64,000 nucleotides of DNA from an uncultured Hormoscilla sp. Its GTDB lineage: Bacteria; Cyanobacteriota; Cyanobacteriia; Cyanobacteriales; Desertifilaceae. The stretch spans positions 288,001 to 352,000 of the forward strand of contig OZ001293.3 of assembly GCA_963921275.4 (NCBI GenBank), written 5' to 3'. Below are positions 43,771 through 53,821 of this stretch, in pieces. Within the stretch, counting starts at the first letter, position 1. The number at the start of each line of letters is the position of its first letter. A program made the translations under genes and the position numbers. The notes below the pieces were generated by a model that saw only the letters and a list, made by a program, of their open reading frames with translations, searched no databases and had not been told where the DNA came from.

Positions 43771-44358
43771 TTTTTTTTCCAGTTCCCTCAAGAAAACCTG
43801 CATAAATTCCTCGACTACCCCTGGGTGACGCCCTGATATCAGACCCCCGTCAACATAGGTTGACGCGGTTTCGGCCTTTTCATACATGACCGTCCCCCCA
43901 GCATTTTCCACATCGCATAGGATGTTGTGGGCGCAGGTTACTTTCCGACCTTTAATCAGTTCTGGATCTGCGCAAAATAGCCACATACTATGGCAAATTG
44001 TCCCGATCTTGAGTTCCTCTGCATCCATTGCTTTGACCGCTTTGCGGAGAAATTCTACTGCTGGCGACTGGTTGGGCTGACCGGGTTGCACCTGCACTTG
44101 ATAGCGCAGCCGATCCATCGCATAACCGCCGATCAGGATCAAGCCTTTGTAAGCAGATAAATCTACATCTTGGAAATCTTTCGTAACTGTGACTTCTTCT
44201 TCGTGGTCGTTTCCCTTGAAAGTGAGGCTGGGCTGATTCCAAAGATTGGAAATATATTCTACTTCGTATCCATTCTCCGGGAAAAATTCTCCAAATCTGC
44301 GATATTCTGTTTCATCAAAATGTTCCTCAACGATTACGCCGATTTTGCCTTTTTTCAC
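43759..44358 (-). CDS. DJ-1/PfpI family protein
   Basis: EEHFDETE, LIGGYAMDRLR, TICHSMW. Confidence 0.88.
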   Translation of the reverse strand: MKKGKIGVIVEEHFDETEYRRFGEFFPENGYEVEYISNLWNQPSLTFKGNDHEEEVTVTKDFQDVDLSAYKGLILIGGYAMDRLRYQVQVQPGQPNQSPAVEFLRKAVKAMDAEELKIGTICHSMWLFCADPELIKGRKVTCAHNILCDVENAGGTVMYEKAETASTYVDGGLISGRHPGVVEEFMQVFLRELEKKIAM

Positions 44359-44749
44359 TGCTCATCTCGTTATCACTCCGCCAAGGTCATCTACTGTCAG
44401 TTGTTTGTTGTCAGTTGTTTGTTGTCAGTTGTCACCGCATGGCTACACGCGCTATCGCTATGGGAGCATCTCAATTTTGTCAAGGATAAAAATTTATCCT
44501 CTTCTATCTCCGTCATCTCCATCATTTCTGTCATCTACACCAAAAATGAGTACACAGGTTGGGTTTCGTGCCTCTACCCAACCTACGGACTGCCAAAAAT
44601 GAGATGCACCCCACACGCTAACACGATCGCGTAGCGATCGGCAATGTTGCCAGAATTCTTTGCCTGTAATTTCCTTTCTTCCCTGTCAGCCCGCCGGGGG
44701 GTTAACCTCTCGCGTCATAGCTCAAGTCAGTTAAAACTCAGATCTTGCA

Positions 44750-45028
44750 GGGTGTGGTCAAAACCCGTTGATCGTTCATGGGTCTTCCCAGTCGCCGGAT
44801 CCCCCCAAACCCCCCTGGGTTGGGTGTGGTCAAAAGTAGTTGATAGCCAGGTGCAGGCTCCCGGACCCCCCCGCTGCCCGGATACATGTATATAGCCCGC
44901 GCAGGCGGGCTTTGTTCGTGTAGCCGGGCCCTTTAGGGTGAGGGCTACTCCGTCTCCTACCAACGGGTTTTGACCACACCCCCCTGGGTTTGGGGGGGAT
45001 CCCGTTGCAACTACTTTTGACCACACCC
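44750..45028. mobile_element. GGGTGTGGTCAAAA-type MITE containing a second copy (44822-44981)
   Basis: Outer TSD gatcttgca (44741-44749, 45029-45037); inner TSD ccctgggtt (44813-44821, 44982-44990). Confidence 0.88.
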
Positions 45029-45291
45029 GATCTTGCACCATTCGCAACTAGAGGCGGAGCCTCGATAGCGCGTTCCCAGGCGGAGCCAGGGAACGAGGGT
45101 AAAACGCTTTCTATATAATGCTTTTAGTGGGTTTTAACCCACTTTAGCTATTAGCCGTGGGTTTGAACCCACGGCGGGCCAGGAGACCAATTGAGAATGG
45201 TGCAAGATCTCAATTAAAACAGACTCTTGAGATGCTGTTAAACTAATTATAGCATTGTTTTGACAAAATGCTATAATTCAGATTTTTTTCC

Positions 45292-45858
45292 TCAAGTAGT
45301 AATCAGCTTCAGCAACTCTTCGGAAGCAAAGACATCCCGGTATAAAGTCAGCTGTTCCGTTTTCAAGTAGCATCCCCCACGGTGTCCCCGACGCACCCAG
45401 GTAACATTTCCCTTAGCAATGGTTTCGTTCGTCTCGTCGTCCACACTTTTCCATTCAAAGTAAGTATGTTCTCCATAAAACATGACGATCGGCCAGCACA
45501 TGGTCACCCCTGGTTGGGAGATCAACGCCCACCAATGCTTTTCCCGCTCTTTTTGTTCTTCCAAGCCTTGATAAGATCCGTCCTGGCAGAAATAAACCAG
45601 ATTCTCGTGATATTCTGCTGTTAAAATATCTCCCCGTCTCTGGCGCAAAGCTTCGCAATGGGTAGGCCACCATTCCTTGTTCTCTTTTTCAATTTGTTCC
45701 AGGGTGTAATCTGGACCGATCGCTGGCAGAGTAGCTTCTTTCATGGCTACTATTTTTTCGCCCTGGGCGATCAGTGCTTTAGCTTTTTCCGGACTCACGA
45801 GACCCGGGCGGGAATAATCTGCTGACAAATATTTGTAGTAATTGGTACGCTTTTTCAT
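45292..45858 (-). CDS. NTF2/SnoaL-like conserved protein of icfG-type clusters
   Basis: WWPTHCEALR..RGD.LT.EY, PGVTMCWPIVMF, KTEQLT.YRDVFA; cluster context. Confidence 0.65.
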   Translation of the reverse strand: MKKRTNYYKYLSADYSRPGLVSPEKAKALIAQGEKIVAMKEATLPAIGPDYTLEQIEKENKEWWPTHCEALRQRRGDILTAEYHENLVYFCQDGSYQGLEEQKEREKHWWALISQPGVTMCWPIVMFYGEHTYFEWKSVDDETNETIAKGNVTWVRRGHRGGCYLKTEQLTLYRDVFASEELLKLITT

Positions 45859-45906
45859 TTGTTTGGTCTAGCTTAGTTTAAAATGGGCAAAGGGCGATCA
45901 CAAGCT

Positions 45907-46290
45907 TCAGGCTGACGGACCCAGGATTTCATTCAGTGCGCCAAAGCAACCTGCAGCTTTGTTAAAGCTTGCATAGACGCACGTGAACAGCAACAATTCT
46001 TCAATTTCCTCGCGAGTAGCACCTTGTTTCATCGCCATATTCACGTGGGCCCCAAATGGGTTTCCCGGTCCCACGTGATCTTGATTTACCACATCTATGG
46101 CGATCGTGATTAGCGCCTTAGTTTTTTGGTCGATTAACGGCCGACCCCAGGCTTCCCCTGCTACGCGGGTACAAAAGTCTCCAAACTTGGGGTTGATGCT
46201 ATTCAATCCCGCTTGCAGCTCTTGATCGTCTAAAACCGCATTTTTGTACACTGCTTTTTCTCCTTGTGAGCGATCGATCGTGTCCTGCAA
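45907..46290 (-). CDS. Carboxymuconolactone decarboxylase family protein
   Basis: AWGRPLIDQKTKALITIA, HVNMAMKQGATREEIEE, VYA.FNKA. Confidence 0.88.
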   Translation of the reverse strand: MQDTIDRSQGEKAVYKNAVLDDQELQAGLNSINPKFGDFCTRVAGEAWGRPLIDQKTKALITIAIDVVNQDHVGPGNPFGAHVNMAMKQGATREEIEELLLFTCVYASFNKAAGCFGALNEILGPSA

Positions 46291-46404
46291 CTCACCTTTC
46301 TATCTTAACTTGCATTCTCCCCTCCATTCCAGATTTTTTTCAGATTTTCAGCAAATTTTAATCTTTTTATCATCTATCAGCTTCGTCGAAAAAGCCCAAA
46401 TCGG

Positions 46405-47731
46405 CTAACTTAAAAAGTATTCGCTGGGAACGAAATTAAGTGCCTGACCGTTTAATTGCGAAAACTCAATGAAGACATCCATAAATTCTCCTGTTATGCC
46501 GTCAAAACGGAGAACGCTACTCGTTCCGGTGCTGCTGACGTACAGATTGCCATCGGGTCCGAATCCCATGCCCCTGGGAGCGCTCAACCTGGGCTGTCCC
46601 CGTTCGTCAACTCCTCCATCCAGAACATTTAATAGTTCCCCAGTCATAATATCATAGATGCGAACCGTCCCCACTGAATCGGCAGAACCAAAGGGAAATT
46701 CGCTACTGACGTAGAGATTGCCATCCAGTCCGCTAATCACATCTAAGGGACTCAATTGAGGATCGGTGACAAAATTCGGATTGAGAACCTGCCCCGTGAT
46801 GCCATCAAATTGGACGATCGAGCCACCGCCGCTGCCGGTTGCCGGATCGGCACCATTCCCCAAGTATAAGTTGCCATCCGAGCCAAACACAAAGCCTCTG
46901 GGAAAGTTAGCCACGCCGTCGGGAATAAACTGGTCGATAAAGGCTCCTGTCTCGCCGTCAAAGCGCAAAATTGTCCTCAAAGAGCGCGCTCCAGCATAGT
47001 AATTGCCATCGGGACCGAAGACCCCTCCCCCGGCATTCAAATCGGGAAATTCGATGAAGGTTTCAATAAAATCTCCAGACTCGGCATCGAACAGAAGGGT
47101 ATCATCATTCCCCCCGTTGATGAGAACGCTGTTTGGCGTGGGGAATACCGACAGGATATCAGTTGGATCCGTTGGGGTGGTTAAGACAATGTCTCTCGGA
47201 TCGATGAGGTCGCCACCATCGGGAAATTCGGCAATGAACGAACCGGTGAGTCCATCAAAGCGCAAGGCAGCGCTATTGCCGTTATTGGCGGCACTGGTGA
47301 CCACCACATCAAATGTCGTTCCCAGAAAGTCTGGGGCCGGGAGTCGTCCCTCTTGAATGCCAAATGTAACAAAATGCTCGAAGGCCGTAAGCTCACCCGC
47401 CTGGACGGCAGCGGCAACATCGGGATTTTGTTCGAGATACAGATTGGTATCAAATTGGGCGATCGGATTGCGTCCTTCAAATTTGCCAAATTTGATAAAG
47501 TGGTCAATAGCGGTAATCTGACCATCTCGGACAGCGGCAGCGACATCTGGGTTTTGCTGAAGGTAGAGGTCGGTCTCAAAGAAGCTGCTGGGGTCCCGTC
47601 CTTCAAATTGACCAAATTGAATAAAGTGGTCGAGGGCAGTAATTTGACCCGCTGCCACAGCAGCAGGGACATCTGGGTTGCGGTCTAGATAAAAGTTTTC
47701 GTCGAAAGAAAATTTGTGCGATATTCAGCAT
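46405..47731 (-). CDS. Repeat-anchored beta-propeller protein (Vgb/NHL-like), probable N-terminal frameshift
   Basis: N-terminal FD..LYL.QNPDVAAAV..G..TA..HF..FG..EGR repeats; FGPDGNLYV and LRFDG.TG blades; likely ATG at 47731 is out of frame. Confidence 0.7.
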
Positions 47732-47824
47732 CGATTCTGTGATTGATTGTGGTTAGTATCGATCGTTTCGGGATTCAGGTTCATCATCTGACAATGTACA
47801 ATGCCCCAATGAACCAGTCCGAAC

Positions 47825-48343
47825 TTAAAATTCGGGGTGTTCCATTGGCTCGATCAGCTCATAAGTTACCCCCCTAATGTCGTAAATTCTGATCTTGGGT
47901 TCCCCATCGACAATTTCATTAAATCTTGACAACAAAGCCTGGGTATAAGGCTGGGCTAAATGTGATGCGAGAGCTTCTTCACTTTGCCATTCCTCGAAGT
48001 AGATAAAGGAATTTGGCTCGCTTGATTCCTCGTAGAAGCTATAACTAATGTTTCCTGGTTCTTTCCTGGTCGGTTCTAAAGTTGCCGTGGCCAGCCTTAA
48101 AAATAGCTCCCGTTTGGACGGTTTTACCCGAAATCTTGCCGACAGCACGAGGGGAACAGAGACCATTTGAGTCTCCTCCATCACTTCTGACATCGCTTCG
48201 GTGGTTCTTTGGGGAGGCTTTTGGCTTTTAATCTCTTATTCACATCCGGTGCTAGATATGGCAAGCACCAGTAGCAACAAAGAAAATGCCTTTCTGATTT
48301 TTCCGGAACGGTGGGACTGGCCCAAATGGTTTATGTATTGCAT
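47825..48343 (-). pseudogene. Antibiotic biosynthesis monooxygenase (ABM) with lipoprotein-like signal separated by an in-frame stop
   Basis: TRKEPGNISY, FEEWQSEEAL..H; upstream in-frame LLLLVLAISSTGC followed by TAA at 48236-48238. Confidence 0.7.
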
Positions 48344-48533
48344 TTGACTGTCAGTAGGGAATTTCGCCTTCATCGTATAATTGCTTATCGCCGGTGCGAT
48401 AGCGACTCGCGGACATGGCTGACCAGCGTAGCGCTATCGGACCGAAACTGGCTGACAATTCCTATTGTCGAGCAACTGCTAGGATAAAGCAAGGTGATTT
48501 TTCCGATTGGTCTGATAGATTTCGTCTATAACA

Positions 48534-49397
48534 ATGGATCTGTATCAAATTCGGTATTTTGTGACGATCGCTCAAACCGGTAACTTCACGAAGGCTGCCG
48601 AACGGCTGTTCGTGTCCCAACCGTCCCTGTCAGCAGGGATCAAAAAGCTGGGACGGGAACTGGGGGTGATGCTATTTGAGCACGGCGGGCGACGGGTACG
48701 GCTGACGCCTGCCGGTCGGTTCCTCCTAGCCAAGGCTGAGGCCATGCTCAAAGACTACCAATTTATGTTACAGGATATACAGAAATTCAAAGAGCAACCG
48801 ACCCTGAGATTGGTAACTCTGCATACCCTGCGGGGCTGCGACTTGGCTCAGTTAATGGGCGCTTTTCGTTCAAAACATGGGAATGTGGCCATTGAGCCGT
48901 ATAGCGGCAGCCTAGAAAACCTGGAAGACTGGCTAGACGGTGGCGATATTGACCTGACCATCACCTGGCTGAGGGCTGATGAGACCAAAACCTCTTTATT
49001 TCTGTTTTCCCAACAGCTCATGCTGGCTGTCTTCCCGTCTCATCCCTTTGCTCAACGCAGCACTGTTCCTTTGATGGACTTAAATGGCCAACCCTATATC
49101 GAGCGTATCCATTGTGAATTTTTGCAAACTGGCCCTCATCTGTTAGAATCGGCTGGGGTTGAGCCCCATATTGTTTATTCAGCTAACAGTGAAGAATGGG
49201 TAATATCTCTGATTAAAGCTAGCTTAGGCATGAGCATTATGCCCAAATGGCGGCAACTTTCTAATCTGATCTATGTCCCGATCGACAATCTGAGTATAGC
49301 ACGCACCATTGGCTTAAAATGGAGAAATAATCATACCTCGGAGGCTGTCGAATGGTTTCGGATATTTGCTTCTAACTATGCTTGGCAAGTTCAATAG
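48534..49397 (+). CDS. LysR family transcriptional regulator
   Basis: GNFTKAAERLFVSQPSLSAGIKKL..ELG..LF...LTPAG. Confidence 0.95.
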   Translation: MDLYQIRYFVTIAQTGNFTKAAERLFVSQPSLSAGIKKLGRELGVMLFEHGGRRVRLTPAGRFLLAKAEAMLKDYQFMLQDIQKFKEQPTLRLVTLHTLRGCDLAQLMGAFRSKHGNVAIEPYSGSLENLEDWLDGGDIDLTITWLRADETKTSLFLFSQQLMLAVFPSHPFAQRSTVPLMDLNGQPYIERIHCEFLQTGPHLLESAGVEPHIVYSANSEEWVISLIKASLGMSIMPKWRQLSNLIYVPIDNLSIARTIGLKWRNNHTSEAVEWFRIFASNYAWQVQ

Positions 49398-49566
49398 AAT
49401 TGAAAATGGAGAATTGAGAATTGAGATTAGCAAGCCCACAATTAATGGTAGGGGCACGGCATCAGTAGATGAGCGGGATAAACGATCGTAATTGTGTAAT
49501 TGCCGTGCCCCGGAGCGCAACCCCGCAATTAGCAATTAGCAAAAATTACCAAATTAAGAGGTGGCC

Positions 49567-49857
49567 ATGACTACTACAAAGGGAATCACAATTCAAATCG
49601 ATCGTCAACCGAGTCCAGAACGCCTGCAAGAGTTGGGTGTATATAGCTGGCCGATTTGGACGAAAGAAGTTTCGGAATTTCCCTGGACTTATGGGGAACA
49701 GGAAACCTGCTATTTGCTAGCAGGGGAGGTGATTGTTACGCCGGATGGGGGCGAACCCGTTCAATTTGGCCAGGGGGACTTGGTGATTTTCCCTGCTGGC
49801 ATGTCTTGCACTTGGAAGATTTTACAAGATGTGAAAAAGCATTATCAATTTGGATGA
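49567..49857 (+). CDS. Cupin domain protein (DUF861)
   Basis: WPIWTKEVSEFPWTY..ETCY.L.GEV...GDLV.FPAGMSCTW. Confidence 0.9.
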   Translation: MTTTKGITIQIDRQPSPERLQELGVYSWPIWTKEVSEFPWTYGEQETCYLLAGEVIVTPDGGEPVQFGQGDLVIFPAGMSCTWKILQDVKKHYQFG

Positions 49858-50253
49858 TTGTTGCTTGTTTGGGGTTCGTAATGGCAGCAGTAGGAACAGG
49901 GACCGCTGGGATTAACTGCACAAAGCAAAAAGGCGGAATTGGCAAAATATTTGCAGTTGGTTCTTTTGGCCGGACCCTGCTGCGATCGCATGGATATGCG
50001 TTGCTCGTAATGGGTTATCATACGCCTAATGCGAGCGTGGGAGAGCAGGCGCATTCTCTTCATGCCGATAGTTCGTAGTTCGTAGTTCGTAGTTAGTTTT
50101 GGTGCTCTCGTTCGGAGAGGAGGGTTTCAGCATTTTTGCTGGTAGGGCGAGAATATGCAGTTTAGATGCAGGACAGCTTAATATCGAGATGGTTAATGTG
50201 GTTTGGTGGTGTATCTGTATTATAGGCTATGTCCCGATCGATCGCAGGGGTAG

Positions 50254-50832
50254 CTAGGCTTGAGAGCCACTTTCTCCGGTCATGACCGCAGCACCGATCA
50301 AATGGGCAATCCTCAAGGCTTCTAGTACTTTACCACAGTCTGTCAGGTTTGCCAAGACTCTCCCGATCGCATCTGGGTCATCGGCGCCGCAGACTTGAAA
50401 GAAAAAGGGTGGATAGGCATGAATCTTACCAGCGCGCTGCAACAGGGAAAGACGTTTTTCAGGATCTGGTAAGTGACGCAAAGCTCGTTCCATTGCTGCG
50501 AGATCTGGTTGACGCCGCATGACGGCGACGCAGGGGAGTTGCAGTCGGGATGCGAGGGTGGGTAAATCTACAAGATTGAAACCGCCAAACCCAATACCAT
50601 CCAGTAATACTATATATAATTGTGGCAAGAATTTGCTACCAATGAGTAAATTGCAGATGGCGTCCCATCCATCTTGCTGCACTTGTCCCCATACCATCCC
50701 TTCAAAGCGAGTCCCGCCACAGACTACTCCGGTAATGAATACTTTTTCCCTAGTATGGCGCACAAATGGGGCATCGTCAAACCCGATCGCCCGAATAACT
50801 CGACCCAGTCTCACTAAAGATTCCAGTTTCAT
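50254..50832 (-). CDS. DUF99 family protein (endonuclease dU-like)
   Basis: IGFDDAPF, LLDGIGFGGFNLVD, EALRIAHLIG. Confidence 0.88.
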   Translation of the reverse strand: MKLESLVRLGRVIRAIGFDDAPFVRHTREKVFITGVVCGGTRFEGMVWGQVQQDGWDAICNLLIGSKFLPQLYIVLLDGIGFGGFNLVDLPTLASRLQLPCVAVMRRQPDLAAMERALRHLPDPEKRLSLLQRAGKIHAYPPFFFQVCGADDPDAIGRVLANLTDCGKVLEALRIAHLIGAAVMTGESGSQA

Positions 50833-50954
50833 CGTACCTCCGGGAGTTACGTAGGAAGGACGGGCGGATCGTCGCCTGTTCGCGTAGGGCTTGTCCGCGC
50901 CTGGAAAGCACGCTAGCGCTGACGCACGCTACGCTGCTACGCGAAACGTGCTTA

Positions 50955-51152
50955 CTACAAACGGCCCGATCGATTGTTTTGTAGCCTAGTTCTGCGGCTT
51001 CGTTGATTATAATCATCCAGTATAGCGATCCCCTCTTCAAATTGCAAGCCCAGTTCTGCCATTTTCAGGCGAGTGCGACGCAAATTAGCAAGTAGTCGCT
51101 TATCTACTGCTATATCTAACATATAGAGTTGGTTGTTCATAGGTGACTCCAT
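50955..51152 (-). CDS. Small hypothetical protein
   Basis: 65-aa ORF co-oriented with neighbours; no recognised motif. Confidence 0.4.
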   Translation of the reverse strand: MESPMNNQLYMLDIAVDKRLLANLRRTRLKMAELGLQFEEGIAILDDYNQRSRRTRLQNNRSGRL

Positions 51153-51212
51153 GCATTAGTAGTCCATAAACCTGGTTTCTTAATTTAAGCATCGATCGCG
51201 GCTATCGGGCAA

Positions 51213-52112
51213 TTAATCTTGTTTCAACTTTTGCACCTCCTCAAGGCTGAGTCCTGTCGTTTGACTAATCGTTTCTTCATTTAAAACATCAATCAGTCGC
51301 TTAGCGATTTCCACTTGAGATTCTTTCATTCCAAGTTCGTGACCTTCTTCAAGTCCTAGTTTGCGACCTTCTTCGAGTCCAAGTTCGCGACCAACTTTTT
51401 CCGCCTTTTTCACCGCATTACGCTGGTCATGGATATAGATTTCCCGTTTTTCCAAATCTTCCAATTCTGACGGCTGCATGGTTGCTATACTAGCAATCTC
51501 AAAAGCTTTCTTGATTTCTGGCACTTCCGACATTGTCCCGGGCACTGTTTGCAAAGTCCTGGCACTTTTGAGAAAATAAAGCCATTTATCGGTTATCGTC
51601 TCCAAATTTTCCAATTCTTTCTCAAAGTTTGGCAATTACACAAACACCAACTCAATGTCGTCAACCATATAATCACTCAGAAAGTTCTTGTCTTTCAATA
51701 CCAATTTAGAAATGACATTTTCCCATTCCGTAAACATTTTAAAATCCGTAATCGTCAAAGCTATTACCGGGTTCAGCAGCGTATAATCTTCTCCAGCATC
51801 CAGTTGAATGGAATAAGCTTTAGCCGCATTGTATAAAATCCGCTTCTCAAAACCCTCTACATTCAACACCTGCATCTCGATAATCACTTTTTTGTTATCG
51901 GCCAACTGAGCTTTTACATCCAAGTACGTATCTTTGAGTCCGCGAAGTCGGGGAGCCTGATATGGGTTAATGATGGTCAAATCAGAGATCGTCTCTTTTC
52001 CCTCATAGATGATAGCATTTAAGAAGCTAATCAGAATTTCCTTACTTTGCTCGGAGCCAAAGATTTTCTTAAAGGCGAAATCTGTTTTGGGATTAATAAA
52101 CTTAATCTTCAT
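51213..52112 (-). pseudogene. Rpn / PD-(D/E)XK nuclease family protein with nonsense mutation
   Basis: FINPKTDFAFKKIFG, LDVKA, IIEMQ; in-frame TAA at 51636-51638 where VELP is expected. Confidence 0.88.
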
Positions 52113-52184
52113 TTAATCTCTCTCACGCTATTCTATTGCTAGTATAACATAATTGGTGGGCATTGCCCACCAGACCTGCTGGAA

Positions 52185-52406
52185 ATGTCAGAGGAAATCA
52201 AAATGTCAGAAAGAAAGCCCGAAGAGAACCGGAAACTGCTGGAAACATGGCGGTTAACAATAGAGGTGGCTAACCACAATAATATTTTCTGCCACTGTCG
52301 CAGTTGTGGCTATGAATGGGTAGATTCTTCGGAAGATGCTATCTGTAGTAACTGTGGCAGCAAGTCTGTCCACAAGATCTTGTGCTAGCAGTTCCCAGAT
52401 GATTGA
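52185..52406 (+). pseudogene. Small Zn-ribbon protein with a TAG near the C-terminus
   Basis: FCHCRSCGYEW...CSNCGS; C*QFPDD suggests TGG>TAG at 52386-52388. Confidence 0.55.
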
Positions 52407-52669
52407 GTTATCATCGGAGTAGAGGGAATGGTTGGTTGCCAATACCCGCTCAGGAGGCTGGCTGGACTGAGCGCGATCGCCCCCATGAAACTCAGACCTA
52501 GAGCTCCTATCCCACTGGGGCAGGGGGTGCAGTGATCCCAGTCACTCCCACTTCATAATGTGCGATCGCAGATAAGACTGACAAAGATCACAAAGGATCG
52601 GGGTAAGAATCACGGTAGTCCCAGGAATGAGAGCAGATACTTGAGGGGTAGAGTTGGGCAAGACCGAAA

Positions 52670-52951
52670 ATGGCAGATCGAGTTGAACGGATATCAGATG
52701 CAGTATCGGAAATTTTCTACTCTGTCGCTGAAACAGGCGTTCTAAACTTGTCGGATTATTATAAACTGATGTCAGCGGCATTGAATGAAGCTCTAGACGA
52801 TCAAGAGATCGGCTCGATTAACAGACTGCTGTATTTTGTAAGGAAAAGACGGATTGCGGTAGTGGATGACATTGCTGTGAGATTCGGAAAATACGTTAAG
52901 CAAGATAGTGATTATACGGAACTGGAACTGCCGATGCTGCAAGTGGCATAA
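52670..52951 (+). CDS. Small cyanobacterial hypothetical protein (paralogue 1)
   Basis: SEIFYSVA.TG....SDY.K.M.A shared with the ORF at 53209. Confidence 0.65.
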   Translation: MADRVERISDAVSEIFYSVAETGVLNLSDYYKLMSAALNEALDDQEIGSINRLLYFVRKRRIAVVDDIAVRFGKYVKQDSDYTELELPMLQVA

Positions 52952-53208
52952 GACAGGCGATCGGACTAGCAAGCATTATCAATCACAGAGATCTAGGAGA
53001 TGAATAATGTGGCTAGTGAAGTTGTTGGCTAGGGCTGGAAAGGTAAGGAAGGGAGCAGGTGTGTGATATAAGTCACTCAAATTGTCAGTTTATGGTCACC
53101 AGATATGATGCTGTGCCATCACGTTTCCAGAGCAGAACAGATCACAAAGAAAGGCGGGGAACAGTCACGGTAGTAACGGGAAGTTGAGGAGATATTGGAA
53201 TAGTAGAG

Positions 53209-53580
53209 TTGAGAACTTCCCAGATACTATCTCCAGTTGAAATTTACTCCGAGACAATCTCTGAAATTTTCTATTCTGTGGCAGTAACTGGCAGAATTAC
53301 TGAGTCGGACTATAAGAAAATAATGGTCGCAATGTTAACTTTATCTATGGATGAAGAAGAGCTCAAATCCGTTAGGAGGACGATGCATTTTGTCAAGAGA
53401 GGAAAGATTTCGGTAGTCAAGGAAAGCCTTGATAATCTTGAGCTCTCCACTCCTATTGATTATACTGCTGAATTGGTACTTACCATGGGTATAAAGGGTA
53501 TTTTTCAGGATCTCCAACAGTTTGGGTCTAAGAAGTGGCTCAACAATAAAGCTTATCCTCAAACAGGTCTTCACAAGTAA
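53209..53580 (+). CDS. Small cyanobacterial hypothetical protein (paralogue 2)
   Basis: Similar to the ORF at 52670; start uncertain. Confidence 0.6.
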   Translation: MRTSQILSPVEIYSETISEIFYSVAVTGRITESDYKKIMVAMLTLSMDEEELKSVRRTMHFVKRGKISVVKESLDNLELSTPIDYTAELVLTMGIKGIFQDLQQFGSKKWLNNKAYPQTGLHK

Positions 53581-53581
53581 C

Positions 53582-53812
53582 TTAGATCGCATCCTTTAGT
53601 CCCAGGCTTTCCAAGTAGGAGATCCACCCTTGGGAAGTATTTTCGACTTCTATAATACCCAGGGCCCTGGCCACATCGGCTATCCAGGGAACGGTGGAGA
53701 TCCTATATCCTTGCCAATTTACTCCTACGGATAGCCATTCAGGTACAGCGCTTTCGTCAAACTGGGTTGATAGTTTGTAGCTAGCCCGGAAACAATAGAT
53801 TTGACTGTTCAT
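53582..53812 (-). CDS. Hypothetical protein, possibly truncated
   Basis: 76-aa ORF downstream of the ABC pseudogene. Confidence 0.5.
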   Translation of the reverse strand: MNSQIYCFRASYKLSTQFDESAVPEWLSVGVNWQGYRISTVPWIADVARALGIIEVENTSQGWISYLESLGLKDAI

Positions 53813-53821
53813 GGTTAATTG

